A stretch of 63,916 nt of DNA, counting the filler, from Candidatus Sysuiplasma jiujiangense (lineage in GTDB: Archaea > Thermoplasmatota > Thermoplasmata > Sysuiplasmatales > Sysuiplasmataceae), in NCBI GenBank assembly GCA_019721075.1. It is 4 parts of 3 records of this genome, joined end to end, with 100 filler letters (N's around TTAATTAATTAA, not from the genome) between each part and the next. Parts side by side here need not be neighbours in the genome. Positions count along the whole stretch, not along the records: positions 1 to 3,399 come from JAHEAD010000010.1; positions 3,500 to 29,865 come from JAHEAD010000010.1; 2 more parts are not named here. The stretch is one strand, 5' to 3'. Below, piece after piece: positions 1 through 8,816 of this stretch (within the stretch, counting starts at the first letter, position 1; every line of letters starts with the position of its first letter). The notes below the pieces were generated by a model. The model was given only the letters and a program-made list of their open reading frames with translations. It was not told the DNA's origin and ran no database searches. The position numbers and the translations under genes are program-made.

Positions 1-99
1 CACGGCTGACACTGCTCCTGCAAGAATGGAAGGTCGGTCATGTTTCAGAAGCTGATGTATCTGCGGCACTCATTGCCTAACCCTTTATGTCCGCCATAG
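1..99 (+). mobile_element. End of an insertion sequence (putative transposase C-terminus plus terminal sequence), family unassigned
   Basis: Bases 2-99 are the exact reverse complement of 29768-29865, and both copies lie at contig or window edges. Frame +3 reads RLTLLLQEWKVGHVSEADVSAALIA* and is followed by CCCTTTATGTCCGCCATAG, after which the flanks diverge. Confidence 0.7.
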
Positions 100-788
100 C
101 TGAATGACGGGCATCTCCTGCGTCTACGCCGTTGCGTAAATGCACGGAGACGAAAAACGGAAACGATCCGACATCCAAATATATGTCCCATCATTCCCCG
201 GACAGTTGTCGTTACATTAAGGTTGCTTTGCGCTTTATGTTCCGGCAGGCAATAAAACAGGTGAGTGACAGAAACACGGTTATTCCTGCGCGTTCAAGTT
301 GAGTAGGCTGAATCCGTTATCATCGCAATATTCCAGCGGTGTAGACCTGAGAAACGGGAAACACATCTTAACAATTGACCTGTTGACATCTTCATACACG
401 CCGTCTTCCTCATCATCCTGTGTATCTCTTCCCATGGTCCGGGCACGGGGCACCGCAGGCTTTTTCCGGCGTTCGATTTACAGAACGGTCTGTCATTCGG
501 GGACACAGCAGTTGCAATATCCCTTTATGGAACGCTGTGCAACGGTTTGGATATAAAACAACATATTTCGGAATAACTGATGATATCAGACCCCTCCCAC
601 GTTGTTATTCATTACCGCCTGTCTTGACCGGTTGTCCGCCTCAATCGGAATTCACTTTTTGACGCCAAAATCTGTGCCTGCCTGTATCACATCTATCGGA
701 CTGCATTATGTTATTTTCCTTCAGCAATATTGTGTGTCCAGTCTGTGCACTGCATAGCACGGGCGATACCTTTTCCAAGCATTCCGTT

Positions 789-1184
789 TCAAATTCCGCC
801 AACCATCTTTTCAAAATTCCGGCTGAAATTTGAAATAAGCAGGTCGAGGGCTGCCACCATTTCCCTTACATCGCCATCCACTTTCCTCCTTATCTGTTCG
901 GTGTCGACCAGGCCGTAGACGTGATAATAGCCGCCTCCGCGAATTCCTTTCTTTGTCCTGTAGCACATTCCGAGGACCAGAAGTTTTGAGAGGCTCCTGT
1001 GCACGGTGCTTCTGTCCCTCGAAAGGGCGGCGGAGAGCTCATCAAGGGACGACTCCTCCTTCGATGCCACTGCGCGCAGTACGGCGATATCACCCTCCCC
1101 CAGATCGTAGAGGCAGGAGAGGAGGCTGGAACATTCGCTGCCCGGACCGAGTAGAGATTTTATGCCTTTCATGCTGGCGGACAT
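789..1184 (-). CDS. Winged-HTH transcriptional regulator (archaeal COG3355/TrmB-like)
   Basis: LDELSAALSRDRSTVHRSLSKL helix-turn-helix and GGGYYHVY wing; divergent from the DUF302-thioredoxin genes; start uncertain (1184 or 1172). Confidence 0.8.
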   Translation of the reverse strand: MSASMKGIKSLLGPGSECSSLLSCLYDLGEGDIAVLRAVASKEESSLDELSAALSRDRSTVHRSLSKLLVLGMCYRTKKGIRGGGYYHVYGLVDTEQIRRKVDGDVREMVAALDLLISNFSRNFEKMVGGI

Positions 1185-1204
1185 ACAGGTCACAGGCTAA
1201 TAAA

Positions 1205-1227
1205 GTATTGCATAATATTGGCAATAC
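1205..1227. promoter_or_regulatory. Inverted repeat GTATTGC-N9-GCAATAC, probable operator
   Basis: Perfect 7-bp arms in the short divergent intergenic region, next to the TATA-like TATTTATA at about 1234-1241. Confidence 0.6.
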
Positions 1228-1272
1228 CATCAAATATTTATACTTGAAAAATCTCTCGACATCAGGAGCAGA

Positions 1273-1677
1273 ATGAAAACAGAAAGTCAGCCTGACATAC
1301 AGTTTACAGCAAGAACCGGACTGCCCCTGACAGCGACAGTCGACCGGCTGAGTGAGCGCCTGAAATCAAGCGGTTACGGCGTCCTCTCTACCATCGATGT
1401 GGGCAGAACGATAATGGAAAAGACAGGAAAGGACACGGGTGAAATGATCGTGCTGGAGGTGTGCAAACCCGCTCATGCCCTGACGGCGATTCAGGGCGGA
1501 GGCCCCGGAATGCTTTTGCTTCCGTGCAGGATTACACTGCGTGCAGAGGGAGATCACACGGTCGTTTCCACAATAAGTCCGCGGTTGATGATAAAGATGG
1601 TCGGAGACAGAGGGCTTGAGGAAATGGCGGGAAAGGTAGAGGAAGATCTCAGACAGGTGATGGCAGACATTGAATGA
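1273..1677 (+). CDS. DUF302 family protein
   Basis: GYGVLSTID, LEVCKP and LLLPCRI motifs typical of DUF302. Confidence 0.85.
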   Translation: MKTESQPDIQFTARTGLPLTATVDRLSERLKSSGYGVLSTIDVGRTIMEKTGKDTGEMIVLEVCKPAHALTAIQGGGPGMLLLPCRITLRAEGDHTVVSTISPRLMIKMVGDRGLEEMAGKVEEDLRQVMADIE

Positions 1678-1690
1678 GGGTGTTGAAACA

Positions 1691-2116
1691 ATGGATTTCG
1701 ACAGCGAGATAGAGGAGATCAGAAAAAGGAAACTGCAGGAGATGATGAACACCAGCAGGGAGAGCACTGCGAAGCCGGCACAGCCGAAAGGCGTTACTGT
1801 CCTCACAGACACCACCTTCAGGCCTTTTGTACAGGGTAACAGTGTTTCACTCGTCGATTTCTGGGCACCATGGTGCGGTCCCTGCAGAATGGTATCCCCG
1901 GTAGTGGAGCAGCTCGCAGTTGAATATGACGGCAGGGTAGCGTTTGGAAAATTAAATGTTGATGAAAATCCCGGTACTTCCGCTCAGTTCAACATAATGG
2001 GGATTCCAACGCTGCTGATTTTCAGGAAGGGCAGAAATGTGGATTCCATCGTCGGAGCGCAGTCGAGAGGAGCTATTGCTGCCAGGCTCAACAGGGCGAT
2101 CAGCCTTCCCGGCTGA
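1691..2116 (+). CDS. trxA: Thioredoxin
   Basis: VDFWAPWCGPC active site, GIPTLL, and the archaeal N-terminal EIEEIRKRKLQE helix. Confidence 0.95.
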   Translation: MDFDSEIEEIRKRKLQEMMNTSRESTAKPAQPKGVTVLTDTTFRPFVQGNSVSLVDFWAPWCGPCRMVSPVVEQLAVEYDGRVAFGKLNVDENPGTSAQFNIMGIPTLLIFRKGRNVDSIVGAQSRGAIAARLNRAISLPG

Positions 2117-2167
2117 GGTGCCGGCAGGGGAATGACGGCAGTTGCTGTGTAGCTGAAGGCAGTTGAA

Positions 2168-2752
2168 ATGCGCATGACAGAGACACCGCATGACAGGCAT
2201 CCGCCTCCCCGCCTTTTTGATCTCGGTATACGCAAGCTTATGGAAAGGCAGAGTGCGTTTGACGCATATATTCACAATGGAGACAGTGTGGCCGACATAG
2301 GATGCGGACCAGGATACTTCACTATTCGCTTCTCCAGGCTGGTCGGCCCTTCCGGAAAGGTCTATGCAGCCGATACAGGCTTGAAGGCAATTGAAATACT
2401 GAAGAAAAAAATCAGTGAAAACAGCATACGGAACATAGAGTGTTACACGGATTCAGCGGCTGATCTCAGGGGAATACCGGATTCGAGCATCGATTTCCTC
2501 CTGTCCCACAGGGTAATTTGCTGCATGTCCGACCACAGAAGGGCGATTTCTGAGATAAGGAGGGTCCTGAAAAAAGAGGGTGTGGCGTTTCTCAGCGTAA
2601 CCTCCTTCGGCAGGAGGGGGGACAGCAGACATGTGGGCGCCGCAGAGTGGGAGGACCTTCTTTCAGGATTCAGGATTGTCAAACACGGGAAAACGCTTAC
2701 CGGAAGATGGTCACTTGTATCCTTTCCCCGGGAAGTGCAGGAGACGCGTTAA
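2168..2752 (+). CDS. Class I SAM-dependent methyltransferase
   Basis: [11 protein letters not shown] motif I and RRVLKKEG post-motif. Confidence 0.85.
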   Translation: MRMTETPHDRHPPPRLFDLGIRKLMERQSAFDAYIHNGDSVADIGCGPGYFTIRFSRLVGPSGKVYAADTGLKAIEILKKKISENSIRNIECYTDSAADLRGIPDSSIDFLLSHRVICCMSDHRRAISEIRRVLKKEGVAFLSVTSFGRRGDSRHVGAAEWEDLLSGFRIVKHGKTLTGRWSLVSFPREVQETR

Positions 2753-2861
2753 ATTCAATTCGGCCCGGAGGAAGCCGGACTGCAGGCAACTTCCTTACTG
2801 CCATCCGCGCCAAATGCGCAATTTCTATATATGGATTGCAACTCTGCTCAACAGAATCCAA

Positions 2862-3011
2862 ATGGCGAAGTTCAAAGAGGCGGAAGCGAGACTTCTGAAC
2901 AAGAAGGTATGTATGAACTGCTCTGCAACCAATTCTATCAGGGCCACCAGGTGCAGGAAATGCGGTTACACAAAGCTGCGCATAAAGGCAAAGGAAATCA
3001 GGAAGGTATAA
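2862..3011 (+). CDS. rpl40e: 50S ribosomal protein L40e
   Basis: [45 protein letters not shown], a 49-aa C4 zinc knuckle; it is the 3' part of track ORF 2631-3011. Confidence 0.95.
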   Translation: MAKFKEAEARLLNKKVCMNCSATNSIRATRCRKCGYTKLRIKAKEIRKV

Positions 3012-3090
3012 TTCACGCCCGTTACCTCTGCGGCACAGGCTGGATTCCCAGCTGCTGAAAGCGTTGCATGTGGATGGTCTGCCGTAGATC

Positions 3091-3399
3091 CTAGCGAAAC
3101 GTCTTCTGTCTTATCGCTCTGCTGTCTTCACGTTTGCCTATCAGCCCTATCTGTGCTATGAGCGATTCAAGCTGTATTCTGTCGTTCCCCCCCTGAACGA
3201 CATGGAACTCTGTTTCACCTATCCTGCTTATTATCTCGAGGAGGGCATCCTCCGGGATGTCCATTTCGAACACTGTCCTGTGCATGGAGGATATAACATC
3301 GGGAGCGCTCATGCCCCTGTCGAAGAGAAAGGCGTCCAGAACGCTCCTTGCCTTGAGGAAATGACCATGGAGCGCGTACTCTATCAGCTGCTTCATTTC
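3091..3399 (-). CDS. rfcS: Replication factor C small subunit, C-terminal fragment (cut by contig end)
   Basis: IGETEFHVVQGGNDRIQLESLIAQI matches the RFC small-subunit C-terminal domain. Confidence 0.85.
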   Translation of the reverse strand, partial: EMKQLIEYALHGHFLKARSVLDAFLFDRGMSAPDVISSMHRTVFEMDIPEDALLEIISRIGETEFHVVQGGNDRIQLESLIAQIGLIGKREDSRAIRQKTFR

Positions 3400-3499
3400 N
3401 NNNNNNNNNNNNNNNNNNNNNNNNNNNNNNNNNNNNNNNNNNNTTAATTAATTAANNNNNNNNNNNNNNNNNNNNNNNNNNNNNNNNNNNNNNNNNNNN
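3400..3499. other. Artificial contig linker (N44-TTAATTAATTAA-N44)
   Basis: 100-bp spacer with stop codons; genes are truncated on both sides. Confidence 0.98.
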
Positions 3500-3631
3500 T
3501 TTGGGAACAGACCACGAAGGCATTGTTCCGCCTATTTCCAGACGGAAATCGTAATGCAGCGAGGTTGCCTGGTGCTTTTGCACAACGAATGCCAGTTCAT
3601 GGTTTCCTGAGATGTTTTCCCCCATATCCAT
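3500..3631 (-). CDS. DNA ligase D 3'-phosphoesterase (PE) domain protein, N-terminal fragment
   Basis: [30 protein letters not shown] is the LigD-PE signature (QxH...HYDFRLE...SWAVPK); truncated by the contig start. Confidence 0.9.
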
Positions 3632-3890
3632 CGCCCTGCTGGCGATACTGTCAGGAATCATGGGAATTTAAAGAATTGTTCGCCCACGTCGCCACTGAAA
3701 ACATCACCGCTCCGGAACAGGCACATACGCTCCTGCATTCTGCGACCTACCGCCCGTCAGTTGGTAAAACCTGCACCTTGTGGCTGCTTGCTCTCTTCGC
3801 CGCAGGCAGGCTGCCCGGGATGCTTCAGTGCAGGATTTTCAGGAACACACTTAAGAGCAGAGAACAATTACCCGTTGGCTGCTATACCGG

Positions 3891-4880
3891 GTGGACGTGA
3901 TTTCACTGTCGGCGGGCAGTTTAAAAGACGAAGACATCATGCAGTGGCTGCTTGAACCAAATCAGCCGTTTATAAGGTATCACGCACTGGTAGATCTTCT
4001 TGACCGTAAACCGTCTGATTCCGAGGCTGCTGAAGCACTTGGAAATGTTCCGAAAAGGGGCTGGGCGAAAGATATACTTTCATGCCAGACATCTCCCGGC
4101 TTATGGGAATCCGGCAGGGATCTATATCGCCCGAAATACACATCCACAATTTGGAGGTTCATTGTTCTATCCGACATGGGTGTGTCGGCTGAAGACAACA
4201 GAGTGAGGAAAACCTGTGAACTGTTCCTAAGGGATTATTCGCGCCCGGATGGTGGACTCGACTCACCGGGACCTGGCAGTGAGGTTTGCGTTACAGGCAA
4301 TCTTGCCAGGGCGCTAATTCAGTTCGGTTATGCAGAGGACCCGAGAGTCCGGTCAGCTGTGAGATGGCTGATCGAACATCAGATGGATGACGGAGGATGG
4401 CACTGTTTCCCCCGGATTGCGTTTGGCAGGGGAACACTTGACTGCTGGGAAGGCCTTAGCGCTTTCGCAGCCCTGCCTGAAAACAAATGGACTGCGGCCA
4501 TAAAACGCTGCGTGGACAGGGGTGCAGAATTTTATCTCGAACATGAGCTGTTCAAACAGGGCAGGAACTACCTGCCCTGGCTAAGGTTTCACTATCCTGT
4601 ACACTATTACTATGATATTCTGATAGGCCTCGACCTGATGACGAAATTCGGCTATTCTGATGACAGGAGACTCCGGCCCGCATTCGATATTTTGCGCAGG
4701 AAGAGGAGACCTGAGGGATTCTGGCTGATGGATGCAAATCATCCGGATCTGGGAAGAGGCGCTGGCTATCGCATGAAAAAGAGCAATGTGAAGCCGTTCA
4801 TACTCGAAATGGCTGGTGCTCCCAGCAAACTGATTACCCTCAGGGCGCTCGGCATCCTCAAGCGTGCAGAAGAAACCTGA
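3891..4880 (+). CDS. Uncharacterised prenyltransferase/squalene-cyclase-fold (alpha/alpha toroid) protein
   Basis: QW-like repeats (QMDDGGWHC, RRPEGFW), YRPKYTSTIW, FHYPVHYYYDIL and PSKLITLRAL; no DXDD cyclase motif seen; start uncertain. Confidence 0.7.
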   Translation: MDVISLSAGSLKDEDIMQWLLEPNQPFIRYHALVDLLDRKPSDSEAAEALGNVPKRGWAKDILSCQTSPGLWESGRDLYRPKYTSTIWRFIVLSDMGVSAEDNRVRKTCELFLRDYSRPDGGLDSPGPGSEVCVTGNLARALIQFGYAEDPRVRSAVRWLIEHQMDDGGWHCFPRIAFGRGTLDCWEGLSAFAALPENKWTAAIKRCVDRGAEFYLEHELFKQGRNYLPWLRFHYPVHYYYDILIGLDLMTKFGYSDDRRLRPAFDILRRKRRPEGFWLMDANHPDLGRGAGYRMKKSNVKPFILEMAGAPSKLITLRALGILKRAEET

Positions 4881-5003
4881 GGGGAAGACCTGCCTCGTCC
4901 GGCAGCGTGAATAGCGCCTTCCTCATCCGCCGACCAGTACCGCCCGTGAATGATCTGTGTTGAATGTCCGCTGCTGCAACGGTCCTGGCCAATTTGCGGG
5001 ACA

Positions 5004-5879
5004 TCATTTGCCGGCAGATAAAACAAATATTGCATTCGGCACAATGGAAACCTCGGCAGGTGCATTGCCGACAGTTTCGCCGTCCATTTCCATTGGAATA
5101 GATTCGCCGGAAATGCGCACATTTTCCGCAGAAAAGCTTCGCACCTTTGGATCTTCGAGATAGCTGCCGTCGCGCAGTTTCGAAAATTTCCTCATAAGGC
5201 TTATGCGTGAAATTGCATCAATCGCATGAACATCCAGCCTGCCGTCAGAGATCGACGAATTTTTTGATGCGAGCATTCCTCCGCCGAAGTACTTCCCGTT
5301 CGCAACGACGATTTCAGTGAAAGGGCCGGCGGTCGAAAGGCCGTCATGTTCCAGCTCTACGGCATAGCTGCGCAGGTTCAGCATCTCCCTCATGACTGCG
5401 GCGTTGAACACATTTCTGCCGTGACCCTTTCTGCCCGCGTTCACCCTGGCCATCACCTTTGCTCCGAAGCCAAGTTCGAGTATATTCACAAAGTATCTGC
5501 TCCTGCCGCCCCATGCAACCCTGCCCAGATCGGCTCTGGAACGACTGCCTTCCTTCATAAGTTCAACAGCCTGATCTGCCGAACGGATACCGGTGGTTCT
5601 TGCAAAGTCCGAGCCTGTTCCTGCCGAAATCGCTACAAGGACTGTCTGCCTGTTCGCCAGCGACTGCACAGCTTCATTGATGGTTCCGTCGCCGCCGACA
5701 CACAGAAGATAGTCAAATTCCTCTTCCACCGCACGACGCGCCAACGCCGCCGCGTGCATTGGGCCGGAAGTGAATTCGAATGAAAAATTCAGCCCGCCGA
5801 GGCTCTTCATTGTCCTTGGCCAGATTTCAGACGCCAGGCCGCCTCCTGCCTGCGGATTTATCAGCGCGAATACCTTCAT
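5004..5879 (-). CDS. Diacylglycerol-kinase-family (YegS/DgkB-like) lipid kinase
   Basis: NPQAGGG, VGGDGTINE, GTGSDFAR, NGKYFGGGM and MDGE motifs. Confidence 0.92.
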   Translation of the reverse strand: MKVFALINPQAGGGLASEIWPRTMKSLGGLNFSFEFTSGPMHAAALARRAVEEEFDYLLCVGGDGTINEAVQSLANRQTVLVAISAGTGSDFARTTGIRSADQAVELMKEGSRSRADLGRVAWGGRSRYFVNILELGFGAKVMARVNAGRKGHGRNVFNAAVMREMLNLRSYAVELEHDGLSTAGPFTEIVVANGKYFGGGMLASKNSSISDGRLDVHAIDAISRISLMRKFSKLRDGSYLEDPKVRSFSAENVRISGESIPMEMDGETVGNAPAEVSIVPNAIFVLSAGK

Positions 5880-7240
5880 TTCAGCACGCTTCCAAAGTGC
5901 TTTTCCAGGGCGGCTTCAATTTTGCCCTTCTCCGATTCTCCGAGATCTTCGGAATAGATGGAAAGACCGAATCTCCTTCGCGCAATATCCTCGAAGGTCA
6001 TCGCACACTCGTACATGATGGAATAATCATAGGGATTGTCCCCAATCCCCTGCCTGACGTAGTCGACGACTGGCAGCCCCTTTGTCCTGATCTTGATGCC
6101 CGAGGCGCGTGCCAGCACCGATGCAACCTTTCTCGAGGCACTCCTGTAGTCCGTTAGCTTGCCGCCAAACACAGATATGAATTTGCCATGAACACTCACG
6201 GAAAATTCGCGTGAAACACTGCCGGCGCTCCTTCCCCGTCCGAACAGCGGTCTGATGCCGGCATAGCTTGTAAGTATGCTTTCATGCGTTACAGAAGGAA
6301 AAAGCCTTGCGGCACTCCGTATTATGTAGTCGGTGTGTTCCTCAGGTATGGAAAAATCGTCGGGTCTGTCGACAAATTCATCCGTTGTCCCAATGATTAC
6401 CACCCTTCCCCTAGGTATAACAAACATCTGTCTCCTGTCCAGATGCGAACGGAAGACAACCGCATCCTGCACCGGAACGACATTCCTGGCAACTACAATG
6501 TGGACGCCTTTGCTCAGACGGAATTCGCCGCCCTCCGTTATGCCGCACATTTCAGCGACCTTCATTGCCCAGGGACCGGCGCAATTGACAACGGCATCCG
6601 CCTCAATGGCGATTTCCCCGCCCGTGAACCTGTCCGCGAGTCGCGCAGTGAAACCCCGGCTGTTCTTGGAAACAGCTTTCAGCTCTGTATAGTTGAGGCA
6701 TCTGGCCCCGTTCTTCTGGGCAGAAGCAATATTGTGTATGACGAGAGATGCGTCGTCGGCCACCCCGTCCCAGTACGAGAAATACCCGCTGACTTTGTCA
6801 GGATATTTTCCGTTGTTTCTGTTCCATCTTGGTATACCTGGATGGCTACCCAGAATTCCATACAGTAACAGGCCTGCGCGGATAGAAGCCCGCCCCCATG
6901 AATAATCGTCCACAATTATGTCGAAATTCAGTTTCTTGACAAGATCCGTTTTGCGAAGCAGGTAATTTCGTTCCCTGAGCAGTTCCCTGACTAGCATGAA
7001 TTTGCCCTGGGAAATGTACCTCAGACCGCCATGGATGAGCTTGGAGGAGCCGGAACTGGTTCCGGATGCAAAATCTCCCTTTTCCACCAGCACGGGCTGC
7101 AGGCCGTTCTGCGCAAGTATGTTTGCAACGCCCGCACCGACTATGCCGCCACCGACAATCAGCACCCTCACCCTGGTTCCGGCAATTTCACCCAGCTGAA
7201 GTTTTCTGGTCCTGTAGGAAAATTCATTCACTGTGCTCAC
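5876..7240 (-). CDS. glpD: FAD-dependent glycerol-3-phosphate dehydrogenase/oxidase (GlpD/GlpA family)
   Basis: IVGGGIVGAG, DFASGTSSGSSKLIHGGLRY, SKGVHIVV, IGTTD, AGIRPL and GGKLTDYR. The likely start is GTG 7240, overlapping the upstream stop (GTGA); the track's 7480 start lies inside the upstream gene. Confidence 0.9.
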   Translation of the reverse strand: MSTVNEFSYRTRKLQLGEIAGTRVRVLIVGGGIVGAGVANILAQNGLQPVLVEKGDFASGTSSGSSKLIHGGLRYISQGKFMLVRELLRERNYLLRKTDLVKKLNFDIIVDDYSWGRASIRAGLLLYGILGSHPGIPRWNRNNGKYPDKVSGYFSYWDGVADDASLVIHNIASAQKNGARCLNYTELKAVSKNSRGFTARLADRFTGGEIAIEADAVVNCAGPWAMKVAEMCGITEGGEFRLSKGVHIVVARNVVPVQDAVVFRSHLDRRQMFVIPRGRVVIIGTTDEFVDRPDDFSIPEEHTDYIIRSAARLFPSVTHESILTSYAGIRPLFGRGRSAGSVSREFSVSVHGKFISVFGGKLTDYRSASRKVASVLARASGIKIRTKGLPVVDYVRQGIGDNPYDYSIMYECAMTFEDIARRRFGLSIYSEDLGESEKGKIEAALEKHFGSVLK

Positions 7241-8742
7241 CGGCCGGCAGAAAGAACCGGGTCCGCCAGGGTGCCGGCCAGTCTCTTCTTTCCTTCGTCC
7301 AGATAACCCGAAAGGAAGGAGCCAAGGCCATGGTGATGTGTTATCGAGCCGCCGTTTTCCATGAAACACCTGATGAGACCGTTTCGCACCGCCAGAAGAT
7401 CCTCTTCCTCGTTTCCCGACTTCATAATGATGGTGAAATACAGGCATCCGCCCGTTGTGTAGATATGTGAAAGATGACACATCATGGCACCGCGAAATCC
7501 CCTTTCACCGATTGCGTCTGAAAACCATTCCGATGCTGCGGCGTAAATGACAGGAATATCTTCCCAGCAGGCGGAGGTTTCAAGCGTATCGGTGACAATG
7601 CCCCTTTTCCACAGTTCGTTTGCTATGTACGGCCGCACGTAGCGTTCCCTGTACCACATGCGGGATGGGACAGGGCCTACCCATACAGAATCCGCAGGCC
7701 TTTCCTCAAGCGGCCTGTTGGAGACCATGACGAGCAAGGCGCCATTTTCAGCCCTTCTCATCTTGAGGTACCGCATGAGCAGTGATTTCCCGAGACTGCC
7801 GGAAGAACCGGCAAATCCGAACTTCGTCTCTAGTTCATCGGAGAGTCTGGCGACGGCTGGTATGGTCTTCATCTTTGAGAGTGATTCTACGCCTTCCCGG
7901 AATGTTCTGAAAACATATGCTGCAAAATGCCTGCGTTCTGGAAGAGGGAATACCTTCATTGAAACTTCAGTGATGACGCCGAACCTCCCCTCGCTCCCGG
8001 CTGCTATGTCCTTTGCCATAACACCGGCGGATTCTCTCGGCGATATCCTGTCCTGATATACGCCGTCGGATCTGTGAAGTTTGACTGAAAGCAACAGATT
8101 CTCAATATCCCCGTATTCATTGGATTCCTGTCCGGACGATTTTGTCGCAACCCAGCCACCAACGGTTGAAAAATCAAGTGATTCCGGGAAATGGCCTGCT
8201 GTAAATCCATGCCTGTTCAATTCATGCTCGATTTCAGCTCCTGTCAGACCTGCACCAAGAACAGCATAATTCCGCCTGAGTTCCATTTTCTTCATCCTGC
8301 CGGTATCAAGTGAAAGGACGTATCCTTCGCCTCCGAAACGGAGTCCTCCGGTGACGGAAGTACCGCCGCCGTAAATGACAATGCCAATGCCGTTTCTTCT
8401 TGCGGCTTCAAGCAGCCTGCCTGCATTCCCGCTATCTGGAAAGACAACCGCGTCCACGATTTTAGGGATCTTACCGTTTTTCAGTCCTAGCAGCTCTATG
8501 GATGATTTCCCCACCGAATGCATCAGCCGCACTTCGGCGGAATAGCTCACTTCAATGCCCGGCATCTCCGTTTCCAACAGTTTCTTCAGCCTGGGATCAG
8601 GCGGCTTATCATTGACGTCTGTCATTCCGTCCCAAACTGCTGTATTCCACGATGTGCCGGTGAGTTCCTCCAACATTCTGGCGGCATCCGCGGCCACCCG
8701 ATATCCCCTGCCGCCGCCGTAGAGGACGTTTACTCTGCCCAT
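7237..8742 (-). CDS. Alkyl-dihydroxyacetonephosphate-synthase-like FAD oxidoreductase (VAO/PCMH family)
   Basis: YGGGTSVTGG, GHFPESLDFSTVGGWVATKSSGQ, GSEGRFGVITE, DTLETS, CHLSHIY, CLYFT and GGSITHHHGLG. Confidence 0.88.
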   Translation of the reverse strand: MGRVNVLYGGGRGYRVAADAARMLEELTGTSWNTAVWDGMTDVNDKPPDPRLKKLLETEMPGIEVSYSAEVRLMHSVGKSSIELLGLKNGKIPKIVDAVVFPDSGNAGRLLEAARRNGIGIVIYGGGTSVTGGLRFGGEGYVLSLDTGRMKKMELRRNYAVLGAGLTGAEIEHELNRHGFTAGHFPESLDFSTVGGWVATKSSGQESNEYGDIENLLLSVKLHRSDGVYQDRISPRESAGVMAKDIAAGSEGRFGVITEVSMKVFPLPERRHFAAYVFRTFREGVESLSKMKTIPAVARLSDELETKFGFAGSSGSLGKSLLMRYLKMRRAENGALLVMVSNRPLEERPADSVWVGPVPSRMWYRERYVRPYIANELWKRGIVTDTLETSACWEDIPVIYAAASEWFSDAIGERGFRGAMMCHLSHIYTTGGCLYFTIIMKSGNEEEDLLAVRNGLIRCFMENGGSITHHHGLGSFLSGYLDEGKKRLAGTLADPVLSAGR

Positions 8743-8816
8743 CGCCCGTGTATTGGTATTCCAGCTTATAATACCGGCATTGTATCAGCGCTGCGCTTGC
8801 TTCTCACCATGCCGCC

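Noticed and set aside
3091..3399. rfcS, LigD-PE, lysA and the transposases as pseudogenes
   Set aside because: All are cut by contig ends rather than by internal stops or frameshifts.
3400..3499. Repeated TTAATTAATTAA flanked by N runs (also 29866-29965 and 56914-57013)
   Set aside because: Artificial contig-joining linker. Adjacency across it (e.g. RFC next to LigD-PE, lysA next to the IS) is not biological.
7241..7480. 80-aa N-terminal extension of GlpD given by the ORF track
   Set aside because: It lies within the upstream gene in another frame; a GTG overlapping the upstream stop gives a normal-length protein.
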